DNA of 64,000 nucleotides from an uncultured Rickettsia sp. (GTDB lineage: Bacteria; Pseudomonadota; Alphaproteobacteria; Rickettsiales; JABSSG01), in the NCBI GenBank assembly GCA_964515755.1, contig CAZEVK010000001.1, positions 962-64,961 of the forward strand. Direction: 5' to 3'. A program made the translations under genes and the position numbers. Numbering within the stretch: the first letter of the stretch is position 1; each line of letters begins with the position of its first letter. This document shows, in pieces, positions 28,339 to 38,811 of this stretch. The notes below the pieces were generated by a model. It was not told the DNA's origin. It ran no database searches and saw only the letters and a list, made by a program, of their open reading frames with translations.

Positions 28339-29925
28339 ATGTTATTAAGATTATTAATAAAAATCACAACTTTTATTTGTTTTCTTAGTTTAAATATGCA
28401 ACTTAATTCAACTATTAGTTTTGACATAAACTCTGCGTGTGCTTTGCCACATCTAGAGGCTTCTCATTCTAGATGTTACCCTGACCTTAGTGAAGTTCTC
28501 GAATGCTTTGTAAAATATGAAGACCATGCTTATAAGTATAATTTTTTACCTGAAGAAAGTAGTAACTCTAATGAACTAGAGATCAAAACCTATTTGCTTA
28601 ATTCTCAGCAATGGCCTATTGAAAAAAATAATGAAATTCCGACTACTTTTTGGCAGCATAAATTAACTTTATACATCCCGCATGAAGCTAGTTATAAACA
28701 AGGATTACTTTATGTCAATGGTGGCTATAATTATAATAAAGAAGGCAATCAAACATTTGATAAACCAAAAGAAAATTTAGATTATAAAAAAATTGCCCTA
28801 ACAAATAAAGCCCCTGTAATTGTTATCGAAGATGTTCCTAATCAATTTTTATTTATTAATGGCCAGCCTAAAAGGGAAGACCAGATTTTAGCAAATACTT
28901 ATAGGCAAGTCATGGAAGATCCTATGAAGAATGCTTACCTAGCTGGACATTTACCTATGACAAAAGCTGTGGTTAAGGCTATGGATGCAACTCAAGAAAT
29001 TTTACCTGAAATAGAGAATTTTGTTTTAAGCGGCGCTTCAAAAAGAGGTTGGGCAGTATGGCTAACTGCTATTGAAGATGAAAGAGTTTCAGCGATTATA
29101 CCAATTGTAATAGACGCATTAGGTACACAAGAAAATATAAAGCATATTTGTGACTCATATAAAGGTACATGCCCTATCTCTTTAAGAGATTACGAAGCCG
29201 AAGGAGTAACAAATTTAATCACTTCTACTTCATTTGCTGACTTAATGACAATAGAAGATCCACTAAGCTACCTAAATTCTGGTAAACATAAATACATACA
29301 GCGATTTTCTATACCAAAATATATAATAAATGCTAGTGGTGATGATTTTTTTGTACCAGACTCTTCTCAATTTTATTTCCAAAAATTGCCAGGCAATAAT
29401 TATATCAGATACTTGCCACAAGCAATGCATTACTTTTCAGGTAATCCTGTTAGCAATGCGCTAAACAATAATGCTAAAATTAATGAAGCTATAAATTCTT
29501 ATTTTTATTTTATTCTAAATAAAACGGAACTCCCTAAAGTAACATGGAGTTTTACAGAGAATAGTATAGATATAACCAGCTCTGCAGAACCTAAATCAGT
29601 AACATTATGGACAGCGAATAATGAAGAGACTAGAGATTTCAGATTCGTAAATCGGCATGATGATTGGCATTTGAAAATTAAGGGAGTTAAAGCCTGGCTA
29701 TCAAAATATTTACCTATATCTTTCTGCGATACTTGCTATGAAATGCAAGAAGTAAAATTCGTTTGTGAGAGCACTAATCCATGTCAAATTAGCGCACAAA
29801 TACCTCTGCACGAAAAAGGTTGGCAAGCATCATTTGCTGAGTTACATTATGAAATTGAAGGTAAAGAATTTGTTATCACAACTGAAGTTGGTATCACCCC
29901 AGATACTTATCATCAAACTTTTTGA
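28339..29925 (+). CDS. PhoPQ-activated pathogenicity-related protein (PqaA-type) alpha/beta-hydrolase-like, secreted
   Basis: N-terminal signal-like segment. GASKRGWAVWLTA nucleophile-elbow motif and a ~530-aa size, as I recall for the PqaA/PF10142 family. Confidence 0.55.
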   Translation: MLLRLLIKITTFICFLSLNMQLNSTISFDINSACALPHLEASHSRCYPDLSEVLECFVKYEDHAYKYNFLPEESSNSNELEIKTYLLNSQQWPIEKNNEIPTTFWQHKLTLYIPHEASYKQGLLYVNGGYNYNKEGNQTFDKPKENLDYKKIALTNKAPVIVIEDVPNQFLFINGQPKREDQILANTYRQVMEDPMKNAYLAGHLPMTKAVVKAMDATQEILPEIENFVLSGASKRGWAVWLTAIEDERVSAIIPIVIDALGTQENIKHICDSYKGTCPISLRDYEAEGVTNLITSTSFADLMTIEDPLSYLNSGKHKYIQRFSIPKYIINASGDDFFVPDSSQFYFQKLPGNNYIRYLPQAMHYFSGNPVSNALNNNAKINEAINSYFYFILNKTELPKVTWSFTENSIDITSSAEPKSVTLWTANNEETRDFRFVNRHDDWHLKIKGVKAWLSKYLPISFCDTCYEMQEVKFVCESTNPCQISAQIPLHEKGWQASFAELHYEIEGKEFVITTEVGITPDTYHQTF

Positions 29926-30055
29926 ATAACCAATTTCTAAACAGCGTTATGTTATATTAACATTATTTACTAATGTGATAAACATGACTTTAAAAATTTC
30001 AGAAAAAGAGATACGATAGTGTCAAAAAAATCTAACCGCACATATTCAATCAATT

Positions 30056-30247
30056 ATGGCAGCTAATAATAAAGAAATTGAAGAAAACATACATAATAAT
30101 GATTTAAAATCTCTAAATGAAAAAATTAATGATAATTTAATTGCTATCAAACAAAATGGTGAAGCATTGCATGTTTCTTATCCTAAGCAAAAATATTTCC
30201 TTGAAACTATGGGTGAACATAATGATATAACACATGATATAGGTTAG
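30056..30247 (+). CDS. Small hypothetical protein (63 aa)
   Basis: ORF only. Confidence 0.25.
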   Translation: MAANNKEIEENIHNNDLKSLNEKINDNLIAIKQNGEALHVSYPKQKYFLETMGEHNDITHDIG

Positions 30248-30430
30248 TAGCTTTGTAATTTAATCAGTTATATAGAGTTTATAAATTTTTTACTTAACTT
30301 TAAAATGTTCATTTTTAATATTCATAAGTGATTTAAAGATTAACCTATCTTCTCCCTGTTTCTTAACCAGCAATTTACAAGTAACAAAAAATATGAAAGA
30401 ATATGCCTCTATTAAATACACATTCAGAAA

Positions 30431-31588
30431 ATGACTTTTATTACAGTAATTATTATTGAGATTCTCGGGGGAGCGGAAATCGATATATTTGTCCCTAGTT
30501 TCCCCGAATTACAAAGAGTGTTTGGGCTTTCTCCTTTTATGGTAGAACTAACTCTATTTGTAAATCTTGTTGCTCATTGTCTGACATCTTTGCTTGTTGG
30601 TAATTTAGGTGATCGTTATGGCCACAAACCTCTTATCACGCTAGGCTTGACTATATTCATTGCTGGTAGCATACTTTGCTCCTTCACAAATACTTATTGG
30701 ATATTATTAGTCGGTAGGTTTTTACAAGGTGTTGGCATATCAGGACCAACAGTTTTAGCTTATACTGTTCTAACCGATATATACTCTACTAATAAACAAC
30801 AACAACTCATGGGAACGTTAAACGGAGTGGTAACCATTGCTATGGCCAGCGCTCCTGTATTTGGAAGTTATATTGCGTCTTACTTTGGGTGGAAGGGAAA
30901 TTTTGTAGCATTACTATTATTAGGAATTTTATGCTTAATAATGAGCATCTTATTTATACCAAAAGGTAAAGAAAATTCTTCTGTTTCATTATCTTTTAAA
31001 GAATATTTACCTATTTTTAGATCGTCAAGATCGCTTTATTATATAATCACTATAGGAATGTTTACTCAAGGATATTGGATATTTATTGGCATTGCACCTA
31101 TATTATACATGGAAGGCTTAGGCGTAACCCTAGAACATTTTGGTTTTTATCAAGGAGCATTGGCAGCAATATTCGCTGTTGTAAGTCTTGGTAGTGGTTA
31201 TTTTATGAATAAATTAGGCCAAAGAAATTGTTTTGTTTTCAGTATGTATTTGTTTGCTCTTTTTCTACTAGCAGCATTTGTTTTAATAGCATTAGACATT
31301 CGTAATCCTATTATTATTACTTTGGTTTGCATGATAATTTCAGTTGCTAACGTCTTCCCTATTAATATCTTATGGCCACTTTCATTAGAGTCAATTAAGA
31401 ATGCCAAAGGACGTATTGCAGCAGTACATGTATCATCAAGGCTTATCATCACGGCAATTTCTGTGCAAATCGTCAGCTATTTCTATAACGGCTCTTTTAT
31501 ACAGCTTGGAGTTGCTATGTGTATAACATTATTGATAGGAATATGGACTTGTTATAAGCTATTTCAGCAAGATAAAATATTTACCTAA
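30431..31588 (+). CDS. MFS transporter, Bcr/CflA drug-resistance subfamily
   Basis: About 12 TM helices. Motif A-like GNLGDRYGHKPLI and an N-terminal EIDIFVPSFPEL segment. Confidence 0.75.
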   Translation: MTFITVIIIEILGGAEIDIFVPSFPELQRVFGLSPFMVELTLFVNLVAHCLTSLLVGNLGDRYGHKPLITLGLTIFIAGSILCSFTNTYWILLVGRFLQGVGISGPTVLAYTVLTDIYSTNKQQQLMGTLNGVVTIAMASAPVFGSYIASYFGWKGNFVALLLLGILCLIMSILFIPKGKENSSVSLSFKEYLPIFRSSRSLYYIITIGMFTQGYWIFIGIAPILYMEGLGVTLEHFGFYQGALAAIFAVVSLGSGYFMNKLGQRNCFVFSMYLFALFLLAAFVLIALDIRNPIIITLVCMIISVANVFPINILWPLSLESIKNAKGRIAAVHVSSRLIITAISVQIVSYFYNGSFIQLGVAMCITLLIGIWTCYKLFQQDKIFT

Positions 31589-31646
31589 AAAAGTAGCGCT
31601 ACTTTTCATAAATAGCACTACTTAATGAAAGCAAGAATTATTAAAA

Positions 31647-32894
31647 TTATAGTTCAGGATTAGTAAACATACATACATCCTTACCACTTAGAAGATTAGT
31701 GAATACATTACCTTCGCTACAACTAGCAGTAGTATAAACATCGAGGAAGTCATCATTAATCTTAGAATTTTCAGCTGAACAAGCCTCAAATCTTAATTGT
31801 AGAAAATCTTCCATTACCAACTTTCTAACTTCTTCTCTAGCTAAAACATATTCAGTAACAGCCTCACTTCTTTCTCTGACTAATCCTATTTCCAAACTAG
31901 AGTTAGAGAACATTGAGTAAGCACTTACAAACGCTTTAGTAACACCGATAGCAGAAACTGCAGCTTTTATATCTCTGGCAGTAATACCCAACTTATCGTG
32001 AACATACTCTCCTACAACTTCAATTTTCTCATAAGCAGAACCAGCTAAATCGTGAGCTTTAGAAGCAACAGTCGCAAAATAACCACTAGCTGAAGCTAAA
32101 ATTCCGGTATTAGAAGGAAGAGGAGTAGTATTTGGAACTATCGCCCCTTTAGTTGAAGACTCTACATAATTAGGATCAGAATTTGTAGTGGAAAGCTTTG
32201 GATCACCTACAGTATCTGAATCACTTGAAGTGCTTGAAGAATCTGAATCTTGAGAGTCAGAAATAGTTTTTGAAGTATCTGAAACTTTAGCATCAGTACC
32301 GGTAACTTGAGAATACGCAGTCCATAAACCACCAACCACAGTTCCAAACTGTACAATATTTGTAACATCTTCAATTTTGTACAAAGTAGAAATATATTGA
32401 GCATATTCATTAGGGTTTTTACTAATACCCACATTACTAGCAGCAGCTAATGTAGATTTGAATGAATCAACAGAACATTCAGGAGTATATAAACCTTGAA
32501 TTACGTCAAAAAACTCTGCGCTACGTCCACGTTCAGCATAGAAAATAGCAGCAGTAGAAGGAACGTAAATAACTGCTGGTAAAATAGCATATGGAGTGCT
32601 TAACATACCTAAACCAATATGCAAACCTATTAAAGAACCTGTTGACAAGAAATCAACACTTATTTTTTCATCCAACAAACTTGGACCGCTATTTATTACC
32701 TTACCAATTTTACCTTTCCAATATGTTTGATTAGAAATAGGATTGTCTTGCAATTCAGCAGCATATTCTATTTGAGCTATAGTAGCCTCTTTAAAATTAG
32801 CAGCACTTTCACTGCCCTTTCTATAAGAAATATATGACCCAATTGCAAAAATTCCTAAAGGTATTGTATATTTTAAATTATTTAAACTGTGCAT
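31647..32894 (-). CDS. Hypothetical membrane-associated protein with a Ser/Asp-rich linker (415 aa)
   Basis: ORF only. Hydrophobic segments in the N-terminal third, then DSQDSDSSSTSSDSD. Confidence 0.5.
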   Translation of the reverse strand: MHSLNNLKYTIPLGIFAIGSYISYRKGSESAANFKEATIAQIEYAAELQDNPISNQTYWKGKIGKVINSGPSLLDEKISVDFLSTGSLIGLHIGLGMLSTPYAILPAVIYVPSTAAIFYAERGRSAEFFDVIQGLYTPECSVDSFKSTLAAASNVGISKNPNEYAQYISTLYKIEDVTNIVQFGTVVGGLWTAYSQVTGTDAKVSDTSKTISDSQDSDSSSTSSDSDTVGDPKLSTTNSDPNYVESSTKGAIVPNTTPLPSNTGILASASGYFATVASKAHDLAGSAYEKIEVVGEYVHDKLGITARDIKAAVSAIGVTKAFVSAYSMFSNSSLEIGLVRERSEAVTEYVLAREEVRKLVMEDFLQLRFEACSAENSKINDDFLDVYTTASCSEGNVFTNLLSGKDVCMFTNPEL

Positions 32895-33091
32895 TATATT
32901 GTCTCCTCAATATTAATCAATTTTAAACAATGATTACAACATAGTAATCACAATTAACTATATCATAATATTTCAAATCAAACAACAAAAAAATAAATAA
33001 AGTAATACATATTACAATAAAGTAAAGGTCGTGTTATTTTATATTTTGCTAAGTATTAAAAAAATAATCTTTAGTCTTAAGATTTTTTATC

Positions 33092-33120
33092 TTGACATGG
33101 AGCTTACGGCACTGTAATTC
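33092..33120 (+). promoter_or_regulatory. Possible promoter for rpmG-rpsP
   Basis: TTGACA (33092-33097), 17-nt spacer, TAATTC (weak -10). Confidence 0.3.
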
Positions 33121-33178
33121 TATCAGCTTATAATTTGTAAATATTTTAAAAAATTAATTTATAAAGATTTTAAAAATT

Positions 33179-33346
33179 ATGGCAAAAAAAAATACTGTAT
33201 TGTTTAAATTAGAAAGCAGCGAAGACACCGGATATTTTCTTGTACGCAAGAAAAATCCTAAGAAGCTAACTAAAAAACTCACATTTAAGAAATATGACCC
33301 TGTGGCCAGAAAGCATGTAGAGTTTAAAGAAACGAAACTGAAATAA
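33179..33346 (+). CDS. rpmG: 50S ribosomal protein L33
   Basis: Below the ORF-track size cut-off. Own translation: [55 protein letters not shown] (55 aa), with the L33 signature KKYDP..RKHV. Confidence 0.85.
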   Translation: MAKKNTVLFKLESSEDTGYFLVRKKNPKKLTKKLTFKKYDPVARKHVEFKETKLK

Positions 33347-33365
33347 TTTAAGGATAATTCTAAAT

Positions 33366-33695
33366 ATGGCAACAAAAATTCGTTTTTCAAGACGCGGTAC
33401 TACTAAAAGACCATTTTACTGGTTAGTTGCAAGCGATTCACGTTCTCCAAGAGATGGTAACTTTATTGAAAAACTTGGTACTTATAACCCTTTACTTCCA
33501 AAAGATAATGCTGACAGATTTTCTTTTAAAAAAGAAAGAATTGAATATTGGCTTTCAACAGGAGCTCAAGCAAGTGAACGTGCTTTAAAATTGTTCCAAA
33601 GTACAGAAATAATTGTACCGGCTAAAAAAGCTATAGCTAAAGGTTCATCAAAAAAACTTACGCCTAAAGCACCTAAAAAGAAAAAAGAAGAATAG
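33366..33695 (+). CDS. rpsP: 30S ribosomal protein S16
   Basis: MATKIRFSRRGTTKRPFYWLVASDSRSPRDGNFIEKLGTYNP. Confidence 0.9.
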   Translation: MATKIRFSRRGTTKRPFYWLVASDSRSPRDGNFIEKLGTYNPLLPKDNADRFSFKKERIEYWLSTGAQASERALKLFQSTEIIVPAKKAIAKGSSKKLTPKAPKKKKEE

Positions 33696-33879
33696 TTAGC
33701 TCTTTTTTGATCTCTTCTCTATTATAATAAGTGTTCTGCTGTACTCTTAAATTGTCTTGGTCAGCTGTAATATCCTGATTTCTAACTCAAAATCTATAAT
33801 AAAAATAACGGTATTTTCATTGAGTCATTACAATAGTTGTGTTACGATAGGTTGTATTTAATTCAGCTGAGCATTAGCC

Positions 33880-34068
33880 ATGAGTTCTTTGAAAATTCTA
33901 ATTGTCATTTTGATGGTATTAACACTTTGTGTTGTCATAGCGGGAATAGTTATCCTTAGCACTAATAAAAGACTCAATAAAAAATATGGAAATAAATTAA
34001 TGACACTCAGAGTAGCTATGCAAGCTGTGATCATTGTAATGTTAGCATGTCTTTACTTTATACATTAG
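33880..34068 (+). CDS. Twin-transmembrane-helix small protein (HIG1 domain)
   Basis: 62 aa with two TM helices and the LMTLRVAMQAVII (RV..Q) motif. Overlaps the nadE start by 22 nt. Confidence 0.6.
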   Translation: MSSLKILIVILMVLTLCVVIAGIVILSTNKRLNKKYGNKLMTLRVAMQAVIIVMLACLYFIH

Positions 34069-35645
34069 CACAATTAAACCCTGTCGTTGGTGATATACAG
34101 GGAAATTATATCAAAATTTGTGATGCATATAAGCAAGCGCTTATAAAAAACTCGGACCTATGCATTACACCGGAGCTTAGTCTTATTGGCTACCCTCCTC
34201 AAGATTTAGTAATAAAAACAAAATTTGCCCAAGAAGCAGAATATTATTTAGAATTAATAGTCGAACAAACTAAAAATAAATCCTGTGGACTAATCATCGG
34301 TAGTATAAAACTTGAGCATAATCATATATATAATGTCGCATACTTAATATATGATGGCGAAATAAAACAATGTTTTTCTAAGCGTAATTTACCTAACTAT
34401 GGTGTATTTGACGAAAAAAGAATTTTTACTTCAGGTCAAAATCCATTAACTTGTAACTTTAAAAACACAAAAATAAGCTTATTAATTTGTGAAGATTTTT
34501 GGATTGAAGAAACTGTTAAATCAGCCTTGGAAGATCAGCCAGACTTATTGATATGCATTAATGCTTCACCATTCGAACTTACTAAATATTCTACTAGAAT
34601 TAAGCTTGCTAATAAACACTCGAAGCCTGTAATTTATGTAAATCAGGTTGGCGGCCAAGATAGTTTAGTGTTCGATGGCGGGTCTTTTGTAATAAATGAA
34701 AATGGTAAACTATTATTACAAAACAATTTTTTTCATGAAGAAATAACTCATTTTAGCTTTGATGATTCTACAATTATTGACTTTGAATATTCAGACATCG
34801 AGCTCTCCTATAAAGCTGCCATGCTCGGACTTCGTGATTACGTTATAAAGAATAATTTTAGCAAAGTTATTATTGGACTTTCAGGAGGAATTGATTCAGC
34901 GCTAGTTACTGCTATCGCTGTTGATGCTCTAGGGTCAGATGCTGTGCAAACTATTATGCTGCCATCAAAATTTACTAGCCAAATAAGCATTGATGATGCT
35001 CGGCAATTAGCAATTAACTTAAATACTAAACATGAAGTTATTCCTATAGAAAATGCCGTTGAAAATATTCGTGCTTTATTACCTAATATAAGTGAAATAG
35101 CTGATCAAAATATTCAGTCCCGCATTAGAGGAATTATATTAATGACTGCTAGTAATAACAGCAACGCTCTACTAATCACCACAGGAAATAAATCTGAAAT
35201 AGCAGTAGGTTATACAACTTTATATGGAGATATGTGTGGAGCTTATAATCCGATCAAAGATATTTATAAAACTGATGTTTATAAATTATGCCATTGGCGA
35301 AATAAAAATATTCTACCATATTCAAAACATCAAATTAAGAATGTTATTCAGGAAAATATTCTTAACAAGGCACCCTCAGCTGAGCTTAAAGACAATCAGA
35401 CGGATCAAGATAGTTTACCTCCTTATGAGCTGCTAGATCAAATTTTATATAAATTAATAGAAGAAAATTTAAGCAAAGAGGATATAATTGCTCAAGGATT
35501 TAATCAAAACATAGTTGAAAAAATCATAAAATTACTGCATGCTGCAGAGTTTAAAAGGCAACAATCAGCCCCTGGAACAAAAATTTCTAAGATGTGCTTT
35601 AACATTGACAGAAGGTACCCAATAACTAATAAATTTTTTAAATGA
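34047..35645 (+). CDS. nadE: Glutamine-dependent NAD+ synthetase (CN-hydrolase + NAD synthase domains)
   Basis: LAQLNPVVGDIQGN, ICEDFW (nitrilase Cys) and the SGGIDSALV P-loop. Confidence 0.88.
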   Translation: MSLLYTLAQLNPVVGDIQGNYIKICDAYKQALIKNSDLCITPELSLIGYPPQDLVIKTKFAQEAEYYLELIVEQTKNKSCGLIIGSIKLEHNHIYNVAYLIYDGEIKQCFSKRNLPNYGVFDEKRIFTSGQNPLTCNFKNTKISLLICEDFWIEETVKSALEDQPDLLICINASPFELTKYSTRIKLANKHSKPVIYVNQVGGQDSLVFDGGSFVINENGKLLLQNNFFHEEITHFSFDDSTIIDFEYSDIELSYKAAMLGLRDYVIKNNFSKVIIGLSGGIDSALVTAIAVDALGSDAVQTIMLPSKFTSQISIDDARQLAINLNTKHEVIPIENAVENIRALLPNISEIADQNIQSRIRGIILMTASNNSNALLITTGNKSEIAVGYTTLYGDMCGAYNPIKDIYKTDVYKLCHWRNKNILPYSKHQIKNVIQENILNKAPSAELKDNQTDQDSLPPYELLDQILYKLIEENLSKEDIIAQGFNQNIVEKIIKLLHAAEFKRQQSAPGTKISKMCFNIDRRYPITNKFFK

Positions 35646-35646
35646 T

Positions 35647-36987
35647 ATGAAAATTAAAACAAGATTTGCCCCATCTCCAACTGGACTTTTACACGTAGGA
35701 AATATACGTACTGCATTAATCAATTGGTTATTTACAAAGAAAAATGGTGGCTCATTTACATTGCGTATTGACGATACTGATTTAGTACGCTCTACCAAAG
35801 AATTTACAGAATGTATTAAGCAAGATCTAAGCTGGCTTAAACTAAATTGGGACGATTTAATATTTCAAAGTAATCGCTTTGACCGTTATACTGAAATTAA
35901 AAATTTGCTTATTAAACAAGGTAAATTATACCCATGTTATGAAACACCCGAAGAGTTAGATATAAAACGTAAATTACAGCTTGGACAAGGTAAGCCACCA
36001 ATTTATGATCGTTCTGCATTAAAACTTTCTGATAAACAAAAAGAACAATTAGAAGCTTCCGGAAAAAAACCTCATTATCGCTTTTTATTAGAAAACAGGA
36101 AAATATCTTGGCAAGATTTAGTACGAGATGAAGTTACTTTTGCTGAAAATTCTATGAGCGATCCAATTTTGATTCGTGAAGATGGTAGCTGGACATACAT
36201 GCTCTGCTCAGTTATCGATGATATTGACTTAAATATCACTCATATTATACGTGGTGAAGATCATATTAGTAATACTGCAGTTCAGATTCAAATTTTTGAA
36301 ATTCTTGGAGCCAAACTCCCAACTTTTGCCCATTTAGCAAGAATTACTTCTAAAGAAGCAAAAATTTCTAAGCGAGTGGGTGGATTTGACATTCAAAATC
36401 TTAGAGAAGAAAAAGGCATCGAAGCCATGACAATTAATAATTTCTTGGCAACAATTGGTACTTCTGACCCAGTTTCACATTTCTCAGAAATAGAAGATAT
36501 AATTGAGCATTTTGAGCTTAACAAGTTTCATAAAAGCCCTACTAACTACGATGAAGATGATTTGATAAGAATTAATCACAAGATTTTAGCAGATAGCTCT
36601 TTTGCAGAAATATCACCGCGGTTGAAGCAAATGAATCTGAATAAAATAGATGAGAATTTTTGGCTAATAGTCCGTAAAAACTTAAATACTCTTAATGAAA
36701 TAATACTATGGAATAATATTTGTTTTGACAAAGTTGTTCCGGTTATTGATAATAAAGACTTTTTAAACGCCTGCGCACAATGCTTACCAACAGATAATTG
36801 GGATGAAACAATTTGGGAAAAATGGATGCATAATATTATATCTGTTACCAATAAAAAAGGTAAGGAGTTATTCTTACCTATAAGACTTGCTTTAACTGGA
36901 ATTGAGCATGGTCCAGAATTAAAATCTATGATTTATTTGTTAGGCAAAGAAAAAATATTAAAACGTTTAAATGGGGAAACAGCATAA
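35647..36987 (+). CDS. gltX: Glutamyl-tRNA synthetase
   Basis: RFAPSPTGLLHVGNIRTAL (HIGH) and KISKR (KMSKS). Confidence 0.9.
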   Translation: MKIKTRFAPSPTGLLHVGNIRTALINWLFTKKNGGSFTLRIDDTDLVRSTKEFTECIKQDLSWLKLNWDDLIFQSNRFDRYTEIKNLLIKQGKLYPCYETPEELDIKRKLQLGQGKPPIYDRSALKLSDKQKEQLEASGKKPHYRFLLENRKISWQDLVRDEVTFAENSMSDPILIREDGSWTYMLCSVIDDIDLNITHIIRGEDHISNTAVQIQIFEILGAKLPTFAHLARITSKEAKISKRVGGFDIQNLREEKGIEAMTINNFLATIGTSDPVSHFSEIEDIIEHFELNKFHKSPTNYDEDDLIRINHKILADSSFAEISPRLKQMNLNKIDENFWLIVRKNLNTLNEIILWNNICFDKVVPVIDNKDFLNACAQCLPTDNWDETIWEKWMHNIISVTNKKGKELFLPIRLALTGIEHGPELKSMIYLLGKEKILKRLNGETA

Positions 36988-36992
36988 TAAAT

Positions 36993-38780
36993 ATGGCCGT
37001 AATCAAACAATTATCTCCAGTAACTATCAATCGTATCGCTGCAGGCGAAGTTATTGAACGCCCTGCTTCTGTAGTCAAAGAATTAGTTGAAAATTCTCTT
37101 GATGCTGGTGCGACAGATATCAAAATTACCATAGAAGCTGGTGGTAGAAATTTAATTGTTATTACTGATAATGGCTGCGGAATCTCTAAAGAAGATTTAC
37201 CTATAGCTGTTGATCGCCATACTACATCCAAGTTAAAAGATGATGATTTGATCAATATCTACAATTTTGGTTTCAGAGGAGAAGCATTGCCAGCAATCGG
37301 CTCTGTGAGCAGATTAACCATAAAAAGCCGCCTCCACAATGAAAATGATGGTTGGCAAATTAGTGTATTTGGTGGCGAAAAAAGTGGCATCATGCCAACA
37401 CCACATATCGGTGGCACAAATATTGAAGTAAAAGATTTATTTTTTGCTACTCCTGCTAGGTTAAAATTTCTAAAATCAGAACGCACTGAAATTCAAAATA
37501 TAGTTGATATAGTCAAACGTATTGCTATTGCTCATCACAATGTTGCTCTCTCCATCACATCAGATGAAAAAATTATTCTTGACCTACGAGTTAAAACAGA
37601 TGATTTGCTTGCGCCAAAATTCTCTAGAATTTCCGATATACTAAGTAAAGATTTTATTGAAAATGCTATACCGTTAAAGTTTGAAAATGAAGAAATAAAA
37701 ATTACTGGCTATGCAAGCCTGCCAACCTATAATCGTGGTACATCAGAAGAAACCTATCTATATGTTAATAACCGCCCAGTGCGTGACAAATTATTATTTA
37801 CCGCAATTAGAATTGCCTATCATGATTTTATAAGCCGTGACCGTTACCCGGTAGTAGTATTATTCTTGGAAGTGCCATATGAACTAGTCGATGTGAATGT
37901 TCATCCTAATAAAGCGGAAGTTAGGTTTCGTGATAATGTTCTCGTACGTAATAGTATTATTAGCGCAATTAAATCTGCAATATTAGATAAGGGACAGCAA
38001 ACTTCCTCAACAATTGCTCAACAAACAATAAGTTTACTACAACCTAAATATACCTCTACTCCAGTGAATTTTAATACATCATCTCCTAAAAATTGGCAGT
38101 CACCGTCATTTAACAAACCCGCATCTTTATCACAAGAATTTACACAACCAATAGCAAGGTCATTGCAAGAAGATGAGGCTCAAAATATTCATCAACATGA
38201 TTATCCTTTGGGCGCTGCGAAATGTCAGCTGCACAAAACTTATATTGTGTCACAAACAGAAAATTCTATTATAATTACTGATCAACACGCTGCTCATGAA
38301 AGATTAACTTATGAGCGATTGAAGATTCAATTAGAAAATGGTGAAATCGAAAGTCAACGATTATTGATTCCGGAAATAATAGAATCTGATGAAAATACTA
38401 TAACCATCTTACTGAATTTACAGTCAGAATTACAAAAACTCGGATTGATAATAGATCCTTATACCACCACGTCAATCTCTGTACGTGCTACTCCGATAAC
38501 ACTTGGTAATTGTAACACTAAAAAATTAATGCAAGATATCATCGATGATCTTAAAGAATACGGTGAAAATGTTTTCCTTAAAGAATTAGTAAGTCATGTT
38601 TTGGCAACTTATGCTTGTCATCATAGTATTCGCGCCGGTAGAGAAATGAATAATACTGAAATGAATAATCTACTAAGAGAAATGGAACAAACTCCTCATT
38701 CTGGACAATGCAACCATGGTCGTCCGACATATATCGAACTTAAGCTTAAAGATATTGAAAAACTCTTTGGAAGAAGTTAG
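36993..38780 (+). CDS. mutL: DNA mismatch repair protein MutL
   Basis: INRIAAGEVIERPASVVKELVENSLDAGA and DNGCGI, plus the C-terminal dimerisation domain. Confidence 0.9.
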   Translation: MAVIKQLSPVTINRIAAGEVIERPASVVKELVENSLDAGATDIKITIEAGGRNLIVITDNGCGISKEDLPIAVDRHTTSKLKDDDLINIYNFGFRGEALPAIGSVSRLTIKSRLHNENDGWQISVFGGEKSGIMPTPHIGGTNIEVKDLFFATPARLKFLKSERTEIQNIVDIVKRIAIAHHNVALSITSDEKIILDLRVKTDDLLAPKFSRISDILSKDFIENAIPLKFENEEIKITGYASLPTYNRGTSEETYLYVNNRPVRDKLLFTAIRIAYHDFISRDRYPVVVLFLEVPYELVDVNVHPNKAEVRFRDNVLVRNSIISAIKSAILDKGQQTSSTIAQQTISLLQPKYTSTPVNFNTSSPKNWQSPSFNKPASLSQEFTQPIARSLQEDEAQNIHQHDYPLGAAKCQLHKTYIVSQTENSIIITDQHAAHERLTYERLKIQLENGEIESQRLLIPEIIESDENTITILLNLQSELQKLGLIIDPYTTTSISVRATPITLGNCNTKKLMQDIIDDLKEYGENVFLKELVSHVLATYACHHSIRAGREMNNTEMNNLLREMEQTPHSGQCNHGRPTYIELKLKDIEKLFGRS

Positions 38781-38811
38781 CATTTTGTTGAGTAATTCTA
38801 GATTATAAAAA

